Of a DNA stretch of 64,000 bases, positions 14,978 to 31,123 are shown piece after piece. The position numbers were made by a program, and so were the translations under genes. Under the pieces are notes generated by a model. It was not told the origin of the DNA. It saw only the letters and a program-made list of their open reading frames with translations, and made no database searches. The DNA is taken from assembly GCA_012295275.1 (NCBI GenBank), contig CM022667.1, positions 17,174,001-17,238,000 of the forward strand, read 5' to 3'. Position 1 is the stretch's first letter. Each line of letters opens with the position of its first letter. Source of the stretch: Chrysomallon squamiferum. Its lineage: Eukaryota > Animalia > Mollusca.

Positions 14978-15888
14978 CAGGTAGATAGATAGATAGACAG
15001 ATACAGATATAGATAGACAGAGAGTATAGTAATGAACGAAAAAGGAATTAAAGAAGAACATGGAGAAAGTGGAGATGAAAGCCTAAGTGAAGAAACAGAG
15101 ATTATCAGAATGTACACGTAGATAAACAGAAAGTGAGGCGAAAAGAAAATTAAAACGAAAAGAGAGTAGTTAAAATTAATGATGAAGGAGACATTTTAAT
15201 CCAAAATATATTTATTATTTTACTGATAAGGTGACGTTCATTCGCAAACATAAACATTAAAAGATAAAATGATGAATATAACATTGAAGAGCGAGAAATA
15301 ACTATGTGTGGGGTTTGCAGTCGCACCAGCAGTAACAGAAGTAATAGTAGTAGAAGTAGTAGAAGTAGTAGTAGTGGTAGTAGTAATAGTAGCAGCTGTA
15401 GTTGTAATAGTAGCAGGATTAGTGTCACAGTGCCAGCAATAGATGTGTTAGCAGTAATTGGTAGAAGAAATGTATATTTTCTCGTATTTTCATTTAACTA
15501 TTTCAGTTTCATACCACTGCTCTTTCAATATCACTATCAATGTTATCTTTTATTTCTCCGCTGTTTCTACTGTCTTCTCAAACCAATACGAAGGCGCAGG
15601 AACAACTCGATCGTTTCAATTACTTTCTCTTTTGGAGAGCGGGATCGCTCTTTGATGTTGACCAACAGATAACGGGGACAAGGCCTGGGACTCTCTTGTG
15701 AAAACACACAGTTAGTGATTAACAGTTGTCGGCGATAATTTCACAGTTAATTTGATGATTCTTTGGAACAGGAATGTCGACCTTGTTTTCAAAAGCTTAG
15801 TGACCGTAATCCTTAAGACAATATCTCAGAGTTATTGAACTTGGATTTGTAGACGCGGAGTGATGGAATCAGTTAGACATTGAAACAG

Positions 15889-15891
<3 letters not shown>

Positions 15892-15967
<76 letters not shown>

Positions 15968-15970
15968 GAG
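15892..15970 (+). repeat. (GA)n microsatellite
   Basis: Directly visible. Confidence 0.95.
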
Positions 15971-16960
15971 TTCAAAATTTGCTATTTGATTTATGTTTAT
16001 TTTCTATGTATGTAAAAGATATTTAGATTTCTTTCGCCAGTATTTAAAAATTAATACTGTTAATAATAATAATAACAACAAGAGTAATAAAAACAACAAG
16101 AACAATAAATAAAACAATAAATAAATAAATGCATACAACGTAAAAATCACTTACAAATAAATATCTTTAACCAGAAATAAAAATTATTAAGTTAATAAAA
16201 AAATTAATTTAAAATTTACCGTCACAGATTTATTTCGTGATGCATCAGTGAATAAAATGAAAGCTAGATTTTTAAAAATTCAGTAACACGAAACAATACA
16301 CTCATTGATCTAATAATAAAAAAGAAGATACTGGTCCTATAAATAAATAAGTACGGTATTGTCGAAGATGACACTGGAGAGCTTCCATAAAAATTGTATA
16401 TGGTGGCACATACTCATCGTTTCAGCTGAATTAGCCATTAATTGACGAAACATTTTAACAAAGGGTGTTACAAGAGTGATACATATCCCCCGAGGCAAAG
16501 ATTTGAAATACAACACAGTTTTTTCTCTCTCTTCAATTCTTTATTTTTCTTTCTTTTTTTCTGCATACTGCCATTCTCGTAACGTTGTTAGTCAATTTCC
16601 CATGGGCGTGGCTAGTGTAATGAAATCACTAGGGGGAGGTATTTGATGTGAAAGCAGTTTAACAAAGGTTAAAACACTCATCGGCGAGGCTTGCTAAACT
16701 TAAGCTGGTAATAATCTTCTGCTATGCAGGGAAATAATGAAGATGCAATTGATACGAAGCTGACGCGGATTATCGCTGGCTGGCATTAAAATTACATCAG
16801 ATTAGAAAACGAAGGACAGGGATGTAGAAAGGAAAATAGACACAGAAAAACTATTATTGTAATTGGTTTCATTTAATTTGGTGTTATTGTTACGGAGAGA
16901 CAATTTGATAAGAATAAATGCAAAACAGAAAGATGGAACAGAGTGAAAGGGCAGATGGAT

Positions 16961-16964
<4 letters not shown>

Positions 16965-17042
<78 letters not shown>
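16965..17042 (+). repeat. (GA)n microsatellite
   Basis: Directly visible. Confidence 0.95.
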
Positions 17043-17043
<1 letters not shown>

Positions 17044-17543
17044 GTTTACACATTTAGCTAAAAAACAGTTCTTTAAAAGTACAAAATATTTATAGGCTTA
17101 CTCAGAGACAAAACAACAAATACAAGTAAATAATTTAAATATGTAAAGAGAAAAGGGTGTTCACGTCAGACAAGTAGAAATGAAACTGACACAGAAATCT
17201 CTATTTAGAAAAGTTTAAATATCTTCCACGTTAATAATTATTGCTTTATTAATATATTTATCTGAATTTGTTTGTATTTTTTATTTTTTATTTTTTATTA
17301 TTTTTCTTGTTTTTTTTGTTTTTTTTTTCTTTATATTTGTATTTTCTTTCTTTTTTCTTATTATTTAATTAGCATGATCAAATATTATTATTATTCTTGT
17401 TGTTATTGTTGCTGTTATTGTTGTTGTAGTTGTCGTTGTCGTTGCGGCTGTTGTTATTATTATAATATTTTTATTGTTTACTACTATTATTATTATTGTT
17501 GTTGTTGTTATTAATATTAAACTAAAAATAAATAAATAACAAC

Positions 17544-17639
<96 letters not shown>

Positions 17640-19068
17640 GTATTGGTTTTTAAAGAATAAACTAGGTACTCATATTTTCTTTCAGTCATTTTCTTATGAC
17701 ATCCAGAAAGTGAGGACTTCACAGAATCAGTGCTGCTATTTATTCATCGATAAAAGGAAGCAAATTTGATGACTCATTCAAGATTTTTTTTTCTTCTTTT
17801 TTTTTTTGTATAGTTACTATTGTTGATTCACTGAATTAATTAATAATTAATTTTTATTTCAGATCCTTTAGAAAATATATATGTATTTATTTTGTTAAAT
17901 ATATTACACGAAGTGCTCATTAAGAAAAAAGAAGAAAGTATATTAATAAAGAGAAAAGAAGAATGATAATAAATAATAAATCTAACACATAAATAAATAA
18001 ATAAATAATTTTTGAATTTATAATGTTAAATAAAATAATTTATATTTAAACGTTTCAAACTCCAAAATATAACAGTCAAAAATGAATGATTTTATTTTCC
18101 TCCGCCCAGTTTTATTTGACTTTTTAATAATGCAGTGAACACCTTCTATGCAAGCCCCGCCTCTCAGACTGTGATTGACAGGTGCAGTCTATTTGATCGA
18201 CGACTGCAAAACAATAAGGAGAGAAAGAAGAAATTCTACGATTATGCCGTGGAAAATTATCGAACGATTTACTAATCCCCTGACTATGAGAAGAAGGCGA
18301 TGAAAAAACAGGGCAAAACAAAGACAAAAACATGAATAAAATACCAAACAAGAAAACGCTACTATCATATCGAATATTTCAAAGAAAATCGCTCATCATT
18401 TGCACCTGGGCTGTTGCTTTGATCTCGCCGACATATGTCAGTAAACTTTTCTGCACACACATGCAGCCTGGAAATATCGGTAGTGGTTGCAGAGTGGGGG
18501 GGGGGTATAGCGGCATTTCTAGAGGTGAAAGGTTAAGGGGACACTTGACATGTTGTAGCTGCATTTGGCAAACTTATTGTAGATATCAACTACAAATCAA
18601 CGACTGACACGTGTAAAATGATCACTGATTACGTCATATATGTTACGTAATTTTATAGAAAACGTTGTTATAGAAATAACACTGCGTATTTTGTATAAAC
18701 TGTCTCTATTACTTGAAAGTCAAAATGTGTATAATAACTGATATTAAAGTAACTAAAAACAATATATATATATATATATATATACAGTTTACATAATATA
18801 GTAATTAACTAAACACAAAAACAAATTAAAAACAACAATTATATATGTAAAAATGATTTAATAATATTGATATACCACCATAAAGTCTTGATAAAATAAA
18901 ATAAATATACAAAAGCTGTTGTATTCATGATGAAGTTAAATTAATATGTCAGTCTGTAAAATAAAAAAATAAAATAAAATAAAATAAAATAAAATATAAT
19001 ATAATAAATAATAAACAAATAACATTAAAAACACAAATAACAATAAATTAAAAGCTATAATGGAAGTA

Positions 19069-19158
<90 letters not shown>

Positions 19159-19249
19159 AAGAAAATATAATAATTATAAGAAATAATTTTATTAACACAC
19201 ACACACACACACACACGATACTGTAAAAACGGAAAAAGAAACGAGTACC

Positions 19250-20489
19250 GTGTTTCTCTTTATTCACATGGGCGTTTCAAACACGCTTTCAAGATTTTTC
19301 GGATTAATAAAATGAAGTCCAATCTTACACGCCTTTGCCGTATCATATGTCTCTTTAAATTTGGTGAAATTATGAAAAGATATCGAATATATCAATTAAT
19401 GTCAACCATGAACTTCACCCATTCACCGAGCTAAACTGTGTAAAGCGAGTGGATAAACGATAATAATAATAATAATATAAAAATAATAATTTCCCAGTGT
19501 AATTGAATTCCAGTACGATCTGAACTCTTCTTTGTCGGAGGGTTACAAAAAGGAACATCGACCTTATGGTGTCATTCAAACAGGAGAGTTCTTCAGGGCC
19601 GACTATTGGTGAAATATAAAATAAGAAAAAGAAAGAAGAAAAAAATATTAGAAAGAAAAGAGGGTGGCCTCTTTAGATGTAAACAGCGGCATGTTTCACG
19701 AGTCATACAACAGGGGTGGGCGCACCAATGCATGCTGGGAAGATTTGACCTTTCAAGCCCTGATACAAATACGCTGGGTCAAGTTTGACACTTCTTCTTC
19801 GTCTCAGTTTTTTATTTCTGTTTTTTTTCTTCTTCTTTTTATTTTCTTACATTTTTGTCTTCTCTCTCCGCTGGGATCCAACACGTTGCATGGTACGATA
19901 GAAGCATTCGCTGATTAAATTGACCCGTTCTTCTTGTTTGTTTGTGGGCACCCGCGGATAACTGCGGTTGTTTCGTTCTCTTTATGAACCCTGATGGGGT
20001 CCCCGCCTCGGCACAAAACCGAACCGATAGCTGAAAATGAGTTTTTAATTCACTTAACAAAACCCATAGAGTGGTTCTGAAAAGCCAGCGAACGTTTCAA
20101 TGAGCAACTTGAACGGGACGAGCGGTGGGAAAATGGTGTCACTTTAATTCATCTGTCCGGTTACATTTTCTGCCCGGCTTTTCAATCCGCTCGTATTCTT
20201 GTCGGGGGTCTTTTCACTAACGGGAATGGAGTTTTTACGCTTGTCGAGCCCTCCCACTGGATAAATGAAGACCATTTTGTCTTCTCGATCAAGCGAACAG
20301 GACATTCATATTATTATCTTGCAAGTAACAGAGTAAAATTCTTTATTCTTCTTCATGTTTCTCAATGCCATGTCTTAACGCGCGCGTCCATTGCTTTTAC
20401 AACCGGAGGCGCGCGCTGTCACGAGCGAACGAATTAAAATTGCCGCCATCAATTTGCTGTATTGTGAAGACAACAAAGTTGTCTGTATC

Positions 20490-20490
<1 letters not shown>
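19250..20490. promoter_or_regulatory. Large complex non-coding island, candidate enhancer
   Basis: One of the longest mostly repeat-free, GC/CpG-elevated non-coding blocks in the window; its short ORFs resemble no protein I recognise. Confidence 0.3.
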
Positions 20491-20546
<56 letters not shown>

Positions 20547-20776
20547 AAAGAGAGAGAGAGAAGAAAAATAACGGCGAAAGTTTGTCGAATTAACTAAATA
20601 TTAAAGTAGTAATTTAAAAGAAACTGCTGGTTTTTAGACAAGAGAAAAATGCGGCAAAGAAACACAAAAGCAGCAGCAACAGCAACGTTAACAACAATAA
20701 ACAAAAGAAGTAAATAAATAATGACGACTATGTCGGTGATGGCAAACGGTGGTTCTTTCTTCTTCTTCTTCTACTG

Positions 20777-20830
<54 letters not shown>

Positions 20831-21005
20831 TTAAAATTACAGGAAATGTAAATATTAAAATTTTAAATACAAACAGATCTGAAGTATTTCTTTATAATTT
20901 TTTACTGAAAAGTTATTTTTGTCTTTTTTTACTATTTTTATTTAAATAAAATAACAAATAATTAAAATAAATAAATAAAACTGAAGCACAAGCTAAAATT
21001 CATAC

Positions 21006-21055
<50 letters not shown>

Positions 21056-21659
21056 TTTGTTTGTTTTTTTCTTAGTTTTATATTATTCTCAAAATCATTC
21101 TAGTTGCAAAATAACAAAAATATATGCATGAATTAAAATGTATTGAAAAGATAAATACGTCAGCGTAAAACTCAAATTTTTTTTACAACTTACGATAACA
21201 ACGTCAGTATTGGCCAGACTCACGTTCAGTAACAATTCAGGTTAATAATGTGTGTTACTATCCCTGTGTCTGAGATCACGCAAACACTTCCCGGATCTCC
21301 TCAATCAGCTTCTGCAGGACGCAGAAGTGTACAAATGTAATATAAAATTAAATAAAAATAAAATAAAATCTAAAGGGAGTATTCTACATCTGTTGCATTC
21401 AAATGGCTTGCTAACGATAATCTGATGCTTGACTGAAGTCTCGGAATGCTAAAGCATTCCACATAAATCATTTAACTAATGATTTTGTTGTGGTTAATTA
21501 CTTTGTATTAATAAAAATCTATAAGCTTGGGTCTCTAATGCTTTCTTCACTTATAGGAAAAAAAATAACAGAAATACATTGCTTATTTTTGCGTATAAGT
21601 TTTTATTTGTATGTGTGTTTCTGTGAGAATATATAAAATATTTGTTTGTCCATAAAGGG

Positions 21660-22095
21660 TTCATCCATTTATTTATACATTCTTCCATCCATAAAATATT
21701 ATGTTATGTCTTCTTTATGCATTAATTCTTTAATCTTTCCTTCCATAAATCTGTTCTTGTATCTTCTGTACTTCCATCTATCAGTTCTGTGTCTATATAT
21801 TCATTATTAATTTCTCATTTTAACCATCCGTCCATCTATCTGTCCATCCAGTCATCTATTCACGCATCTCTCCATCCATGAATCCATCTAGCAATCTATT
21901 AAAATATTTGTCATTCTGCCTGACTGACTATCTGTACATTCAAGTCTGAATACACCACTTCCAAATACCTTTTCCAGTTTTCATCCACTTGTCTATCCAT
22001 CCATCCATTCTTCCATTCATCCATCCATCCACCCTTCAGTCAGCACATCCCTCCATCTTGATTTCCAGTTCCGTTCCATCATCACCATCTTAGCC
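21660..22095 (+). repeat. Degenerate (CCAT/CTAT)n satellite, pyrimidine-skewed
   Basis: Recurrent TCCATC/CCAT/TCTATC units with decay and very low G on the plus strand. Confidence 0.7.
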
Positions 22096-23639
22096 AGTTC
22101 TTTTGGCTTCCCAATGTCTCGCAGCTGTTGTTAGTCTTTTACTTCCACTTCACCCGCGTGCCCAGTTCCTAGCGCAGTCTACGATGATCTAACAACGTCT
22201 CAGCACACTCGGGGCCCAAAAAGCGAGGATCAAACGAATTACATGTGTTCGTCGAATGCTGACCTAAATTAAGACATTGCCACGTAACGAGTGAACGACT
22301 CAGCTGTCGATTCCGGATTCGTTTTCTCAACCATTCCGAGTTTTCAATCATCCAGCACAGAAACGTCACGGAGAGATCGCTGCCTAACAGATGTAGAGTA
22401 CCGCAGTTAATTTTTATTTGTAGAAATAACAACATTTTTATTTTTTACTTTTCTTCTTCTTCTTCTTTTTTCACTTTATTTTCTTTGTTTAGGATTTTGT
22501 TTTAAATTTTGTTCACGTATATATTTTTATTTGTGTATATATATATACTATCTTTACATTTACAGATAAAAATATATACGTGAACAAAATTTATATATAT
22601 ATATATACACACACACACACTAACACAGAGAAGTTCTCTATGTATCTTTCACTCTCTTTCTTATTCATTCTCTCACTTATTGACACCTCGTCCACTTTTT
22701 GTAACTTAACTTCTTTCAAGTGGGCGCAAATAAACAAAAATAACGTTATGCGTACTTACACAAAGTATATATAAGCATACACGCACTCTCTCACACAAAC
22801 ACACGCACAAACACACACCCTCATCTAAGGAGTTCATTCTCTCTGTTTCGCTTACGACATAATAATTCACTTTCCAATTTTATTTATTTTAATTTTAATT
22901 TTATAATTTTTCTTTAATTCTTTATTTTAATTTTTTTTCGTTTCTTGATTTCATTTCGTAAAAACGCCTGTCTTAAGTTTCAAGGAAATTAATGTTATGC
23001 AAATTAATTATTTAAAATTCCATATTATTCAAATTACTTTTAAATATTCTAAAGTAGAAACAGATGTGTAACATTCAAGTGCAAAATCTCATACTCTATA
23101 AAATAAAACTGCAATTTTAAAAACCATAAAGTAAAAAAAATATGTATTATATTCTTAAATTAATCACTTATTTTAATATGCTTATACTTATTTAATATTA
23201 CAGTGTTTGTTTTACGTATATTCGTTCATTAGCAACAACAATAGCACAACAAAATATTTTAAAATCTATACAAAAAAATCCCCAACAATAACATCAATAA
23301 ACTACTATTAATAAAATTATAATAATTTTTGGATAAATTTCCGTTCCAGCAATTTATGATTGTTACGCTCTCTATTTATTTATTTATTTATTTATTTGTA
23401 TATAAGTATATTATATAACTATTTCCAGTTGGTTGTTAAAATAAGGGCTTTTTGGTTTTGTTTACTTTTGCTTTTATATAGTAAAAGATACCTTTTAGTT
23501 TTGCTTTTCTTCTAAAACTAAAACTTTAGCTAATCATTTTTATTTTTTTATTTTTGTTGACTTTCCTGGATGTAAAATAACACCAAATATTAATCAGGTT
23601 CAGTCATGCATAACCGATTTATTCTTTCAAAAAAAAAAG

Positions 23640-24250
23640 TATTTATCCTTAATCATTATCTCCATCAGCGTATCTTTGTCTTACAAAACAATGGTACTAT
23701 TTTTGGCTTCGAGCCATGGCGCGCACTCGAGCGTCTTGTGTTTATACACCAATGAGAGTCGTATCATTGCACTTCAAAAGTAGTTCCTTTATTTTCCGAC
23801 CGTTCACGAGTGTTGTCGCAAACAACAAAAGTATTTATTCAAAAAATAATCGGCGATAACAGAACTGTGAGCTTCTTTGCCTCATTCGCGATGGCGCATT
23901 ACCCGTAATAGCTTTCAACAACAAACACGAAAACACATTCATTGTCAGATTCAATATGGCGGCCTCACTCTACGGATGTTCCGTGTTTATACTGATCCCG
24001 GAGGACTGGAAGGTGATAATACTGTATATCTTACATTCAGATACGTGTCAAAGTACCGTTATTTTCGTACGTGCAATTAACATGTTTCGTGACAGGTGCT
24101 GCGCACGCGCACTCCAGCATCTTGTGTGCAGGTTTTCTTGAGGGTTGATTGAAAAGTCGGATTTACTGAAAGCAGCATTTCGTATTTCGATGATTTACTG
24201 GTGTTCATCATTAATGTTTTGAGTCACCGTAACGAGAAACTCGACGACGA
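23640..24250. promoter_or_regulatory. Promoter-like CpG-rich island (NRF1-, YY1- and CCAAT-like motifs)
   Basis: TGCGCACGCGCA at 24100-24111, CAATATGGCGGC at 23952-23963, CCAAT at 23749, and many CpG/CGCG. Confidence 0.4.
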
Positions 24251-24303
24251 CGACAACAACAACATCATCAACAACAACAACAACAATAATAATAATAATA
24301 ATA

Positions 24304-24339
<36 letters not shown>

Positions 24340-24454
24340 AGGTGTTAAGTTCATTCTCGAATTGATAAACAAAACTACAACTCCATTGCAACAACTGCTG
24401 TTACTATTGCTACCATTACTAATAATATCACAACTACTGCTAGCTCTAAATCTA

Positions 24455-24487
<33 letters not shown>

Positions 24488-25180
24488 GATTATTATTATT
24501 ATTGTGTTGAAGTTGTTATTGTTATTATTATTCCTGATATTGCTATTAATACCACAGTATTGCTGAAACAACAACAGCAACAACAATAATAATAATAGTA
24601 ATAATTTCTCACAGAAGTAATAAGCAGTAAAAATAAACAATACGACAACAACAATAACAACAACGATTTATGATACATAATAATAATAATGAACGGGAAC
24701 AAAGAGTAACCCGAAACAAACAATAAAAGCACACGTCATCTCTGCCCTGTACTACGTAATGTGAATAAACAGAAAACGAGATAGACTGATTGCCAGAGAT
24801 CAGTTACTCTGTAGTAATTATATTTACATTTGACAAAAACTGAAGGCAACATGTGTCTGGTGTGGTTGGTTTGCCCCTGTTCCACACCGCAGAGGTAGAA
24901 CAGCTAACGTGTGTTTGTTTTATAAATAGATAGAAAGAAAAAATATGTAATTTGTAGTCAAATTCAAACAGACGTACACACAGCATGCAAATATATATAT
25001 ATATATATATATTTATTTATGTACATATACTAATAAAAAGGTATTTATTAACATACATAATTATTGTTGTTGATGTTGTTGTTGTTAATATTATTATTAT
25101 TATATGTGTTCAGGCATTCCATCCATTAACTGTCTTTATATTTTATTACGTCTTTTTGTCAGTCTCAACCCCCTATCCAT

Positions 25181-25410
<230 letters not shown>

Positions 25411-27083
25411 CATAAATGTATAGACTAAGGCTGTTAAGAAGTCTTCAAACGGGTTACACAAGGTTTGCCAGCAGTGTGTACACAGAGACTTCACAGAGTA
25501 CAAGTGTCAAACATTGCGAGCAAGAAGAATTGGAGCTCGAAATATAAACATCATCATTGAATAACTCTTCAGAAACGGGTTTGGCCTCGTATTTGCAGTC
25601 AGTTGTTTATTAATATGAACGATATAGAGTTTTCCCCTCGCTCGCTGTATTATATTTAATGTGAGTAATGCCTTCTCGCTTTGTCCCGCCCGTCACCACG
25701 CACGCCCGAGACGTTTACGAACTAAGTGTGAGTTTTCAACTGTTAAAGCCAGTGTTCAATGTCATTCGCAGTCAATACAGGGCTGAGGTGTGCGTAATAC
25801 GCTTATGTGCGTTGTTTGAAAGGAATGTATGTATGTCTGTCTCTCTATATATATGTATGTATGTACGTATGTATATGAAATGGGATGTATCTATGTATGT
25901 TTCCGGGTTTGTAAAAATTAAAGAAAGGAATATCTATTTTGTTTAACAACATCTTTAACTCATAGCTGAATATAACTGGTTACATGCATATAAAACTTGT
26001 GGTTGAGGACTAAAATACAGGTAGATGGGCTATTCTTGTTCTGCTATCTGGAAATAATGTGTTTTATGCATCGTCCTATAAGCCAAGGTACTCAGCGTTT
26101 CTCGTGTTCAGGCTGGAACAGGAGAGAGGCGCGGAGCAGCCTCGATCACGCGAACAGTCAAACCCTGGCATTGCTCTGACGTCACTTTTCAACTAATGCA
26201 CGAGCACTATTTTAAAACACAACCAGAGAAGCTTCAGGTCTGCTTACCCTAGAAATACGTACTTGAAGTTCGTGTGGATGGAAAACACATTTACAACCGT
26301 TGATTGATTCATTCAGTCCTACTTAATTCACTGATAACCATCTCTATCTGTTGCAACTCACGCCAGTAACTTTAACCTTAATAAATTAAGTTTCCCCATT
26401 TCATCTCTAACAGCTCGTAAAACTCGGCAAAATATTAGGTTTTGCATAAATTAGCATCAATAATTCATCGACTCGAAAACAAAATTTAGAAAAAATAATG
26501 TATTAAAAGATATATATTTCTGGCATATATTAACATAAATTATGAGTTCGTTTCTGCAACATATGTTGTTGTGTTTGGGATGATGTAGATGGTTGTAGAA
26601 GATTTAACGGTGGGCTGGCGGTTCGGGGCATTAGAGTGTGAAAGGTGGAAAATTAAAAACTTAAAAACTTAAAAAAGAAAAGAAATAGGAAAGGTGGATG
26701 GTGTTGTTTGATAAAGTTACATACTTAATTTGATTCTAAGTGCAGAGTGCACTCACTCACATCTAATTAATTTGTTATGTGATTCTTGACATTATCTTTA
26801 AACATTTTTTTTTTTAAATTTAATTTAATATACATTTTTTTCTTTTTTTTTAATCTTTTAAATTATTATTTTTTTCTTCGTCATATTTTTTTAAATATTT
26901 TTTTTATTCAGTTTGTTTCTTCGAACGGAAGACTTTAGTGCTTACAGCGACGTACATATGTAGTTAGGTACACCACGAGTACAGCTGTCATTACGTTAGA
27001 AGTCTGTGTGTACATACACACACGTGCACGCAAACAGAAACCATATAAACAGGTATATTGTATTAGTATTCGTCTGCATTTTC

Positions 27084-27131
<48 letters not shown>

Positions 27132-27326
27132 TATTTTTATGTCAGTGAATGTGTATCTATTCTAGTTTAGTCTCGCTTTTATGTCGTCATCATCAACATT
27201 TTTATCACTCTTACTGCATCATTGGATCATCATCATTATAAAAGAAAGGAGAAGAAAATGAAACTAATAAGAAGAATGAAACTATCTTACAGCAACAAAT
27301 TACTACACTGCTGCTGCTTTGCTATG

Positions 27327-27365
<39 letters not shown>

Positions 27366-28026
27366 ATAATACTAATAATAATAATAATAACAGCAATAAC
27401 AGCCTGAAAACAGCATTTTCAACAATGGTAGTAGTAGTCGCAGTAGTAGTCGTTGTAGTAATAGTAGTAAAATATGCATACAAGGAAATAAACTTACCTA
27501 AAGTACATTTTTAACTTAAATAGTTTTTCTTCCATATTTTTCTTTCTTCTTTCTTTCTTCTCCAAATTAATTCTGATTTATGTCTTCTAAATTCTATGCA
27601 CAACTAATCAAAGAAAATCACCATGACAACATAATCGCCAGCTGGCAACACGACGTCATTTTCGTGTTACCGCGAAACATATTTTAATAATTATTGTCTT
27701 TATAATACTTTGGCATGTTAATTTATTTTTTCTTTTGTTCTGTTTAATATGTAAATTAATACTGAGGGCGAGAAAAAAAAATAAAAAAAATAAAAAAATA
27801 AAAAGAAGTTCCCGTCCTTTCAAATTAGGAAAAGAATACAGCGTTAGTGTTTTCTGTCCCTCTCAGAGAATTCTACAAACAGTAAATGTAACATTTAGGA
27901 CATGTAACAGTATGTCAGTAAAATGATCAAGTACGCCATTCATGTGTTCAAAAATAAATGCTATTATTTCTCTCAGTTGTTAGGTTGTACAGCACTATCG
28001 ATGTTATTAAATGAATTTGGATTAAA

Positions 28027-28068
28027 AGAAGAGGAAGAGGAAGAAGAAGAAGAAGAAGAAGAAGAAGA

Positions 28069-28158
<90 letters not shown>
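28027..28158 (+). repeat. Polypurine (GAA)n-(GA)n tract
   Basis: Directly visible. Confidence 0.95.
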
Positions 28159-28162
<4 letters not shown>

Positions 28163-28288
28163 TTGTTCATAACAATTTCTGGTTTCTAAATATTTAACTG
28201 AATACACTATTTCCTATAGAACTGTATTTGTTTACATAAGTTATTATTTTTATAGTTACTGTCGTTGTTATTGCTTGTAATCGCTATC

Positions 28289-28332
<44 letters not shown>

Positions 28333-29034
28333 CATCGTTGTTGTTATGTTGTTCTCCTTCTTCGTCATATTATTATTATTAAAAATATTATTTTTGATTT
28401 TTTAAATATTTAATTTTAATTTAAATTTAAAAAATATAAATAAAAAATAAAAAAATGGAGTCTTCCGAGTTGCCGTTCTGTCTGCGAACCTCGACTAGTG
28501 CAGCATCATCTATGACATAACGTCATCGCGTTACATACGAAACATAACTGTCAACGAACTCATAATGCCTCGGCTGTGAAAATTAGTTCGTAATTACCGA
28601 TAACACCTTTTTTTTAAAAAATTCTTTTTCATAATATATTTATTTTATTTTTTGCTTAATATATACATATATATTTATAATTATTATATATTTTTTTAAA
28701 TATGTAAATTTTTGTTTGCTTTAAAAGTTTTTATAATACAAATCTGAAAAGAGAAACATAAAAGACTTTAGGGAATTAAAAACTGCATTTAATTTTGCTT
28801 ATGCATATGTATTTGTGTGTGTTTGTATATGTGTGTGTGTGTATTTATGTGTGTGTGTGTGTGTGTGTGTGTGAAAAAATGTGAATTTGTGCATATAAAT
28901 GCGTGAGTGCGTATGTGTACAAGCGTATATTATTAGTACATTACCGTATCCTTCACGCTTTTGAAAGATCACATTCACACACACACTCACACACACACAC
29001 ATGCACACAGACGCACACACGCACACTCATACAC

Positions 29035-29070
<36 letters not shown>

Positions 29071-29990
29071 ATAATTATATAATCAAACCGCCAGTTCTTT
29101 TTATTTTTGATCTATTTATTTTTTCTTTCGTTTCTTTTTTTTTTTTTTTTTTTTCTAGAAAAAGTTGAAGGATCCTTTGGGAATGGTTTTCAAGCGAGCT
29201 GTATAATTCGACAAGTTGTCTGACTTGTGGCGAAACACTGGCATATATATCAACGGAAATAGTTTATTGCTAATACATCATACATGGCACGTCGTGCTGC
29301 ACCTACTAACTTTACCACACATGTGGCTGCGTGGTTAGAATTAACCCCAGCAACTAGTATATGATCATCCTTTCTTTTCGTCTTCTTCTTTTTTTTCTCC
29401 CGCAACTTTCTTTCATTCGTTTCTTGGCGCGTGTCAAGGCTGGCATTGTAAAATAATAGAGAGAAAAGAAAAGGAAATATGAAGAAGAAGAAGATGATAA
29501 TGAATCTGTTGATGTTAATGTTGTTGTAGATGAAAATGGAGAATAAGGCGAAGAACGAGTACAAAAAGAGAGAAAAGGATGTTGTTGTTGAGGAAGAAGA
29601 AGAAGCAAAGGAAGAAGAAGAAGAAGAAGAAGAAGAATAATAATAATAATATGAAAAAAAGAAGAAATTGTTACATTGCTCAGTTGGCAAACTTATCAAA
29701 AGGAATTGTTCTGTTTCTTAATTTTTTTTTTTTTTTTTTTTCCGTAGAGACAAATTCATTTTGTAAAGTTTTTGCTGTTGCTAAGAATTCTATTTCACTT
29801 ACATACGTGTTGATGTGTTTAGTGTATGTAAATACAATAGGTTTCTGAAAGGGATTTCTTTTTTGTTCTTTCGTTCATTTAAGATACGTTTTGTAATAGC
29901 AGTGAACCTAATAATGTGTATTCCCAGAAACTCACTTACATTAATACCAACATACCCACTTAAAAGACGTTGAATAAATATGCAAGAAGC

Positions 29991-30038
<48 letters not shown>

Positions 30039-30467
30039 ACAGTTCGTAAATTTACGTATTTATAGACAGACATATATAAATATATAAACAGATAGAAGAC
30101 ATTCAGATAGCTAGATAGACAGATATACATACAGATAAAGAGAGAGATATACAGACACATAGATATATAAGTAGAAGATATAGATAGATAGATACTCATA
30201 TATTAAAGATACACACATACCACCTACACACGTACATAGTTACGAACATTTACATGTACATTCACAAACACAAATATAAATACAAACACACATACACAGT
30301 TGCATGTTAAAAATAGGAATCTGCACCTTCCCACTTGTGTTGAAACAGTTATGAAATACGAAGCACGTATCTGGCAGCTCACTCTATAATCAGTGCGTCC
30401 AAAAATGTCAACAATGAATGCCACCAACGTGTTTGTATGTGTGCGAGCATTAGACCGAGGTTGTTAA

Positions 30468-30672
30468 TGTGTGTGTGTGTGTGTGTTTGTATGTGTATAT
30501 GTATATCTGTGTGTATGTTTGTTTGAGTGAGTATGTGAGTGTGTGGTTATGTTTTGAGTGTGTGTGTGTTTTGAGTGTGTTTGTGTGTGAGTGTGTGAAT
30601 CTGTGTGTCCTTGTGTTTGAGTGTGTGTGTAGAAGTGTGTGTGTGTATGTGTGTGTGTGTGTGTGTGTGTGT
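30468..30672 (+). repeat. Degenerate (TG)n tract
   Basis: Directly visible. Confidence 0.9.
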
Positions 30673-31087
30673 TACAGCGAGTATATAAAATTAACAATAG
30701 TGTTTGAAAGCGTACATATATGTATTTTTTGTTTAATACGGAGTATCTGTCTCCCTCTCTATCTCTCTGTCTGTATATGTTTTTTTTTAAATTATATATC
30801 GAGACACACACATACAAACAACACACACACTAACGCACGCACGTACACAGACAGGTAAATATAATTCGTTGTGTACATCTGAGTGGCAGACACACGTGCC
30901 ACTTGCATTGTTTCGTAGTCAAAGTGGAAGTGAGTGGTGCGAACAATTGGACAAAGTAAGTAGAAAACACACAGCAACTGCCTGGCGATTGTTAATGGTG
31001 TATCTACATTCCGCTCGCATTTAAAAACAAAACAAAACATATGTGCCGCTTTTGAAGGCGGCATACCGAATTCACTATAACTTGTAC

Positions 31088-31123
<36 letters not shown>

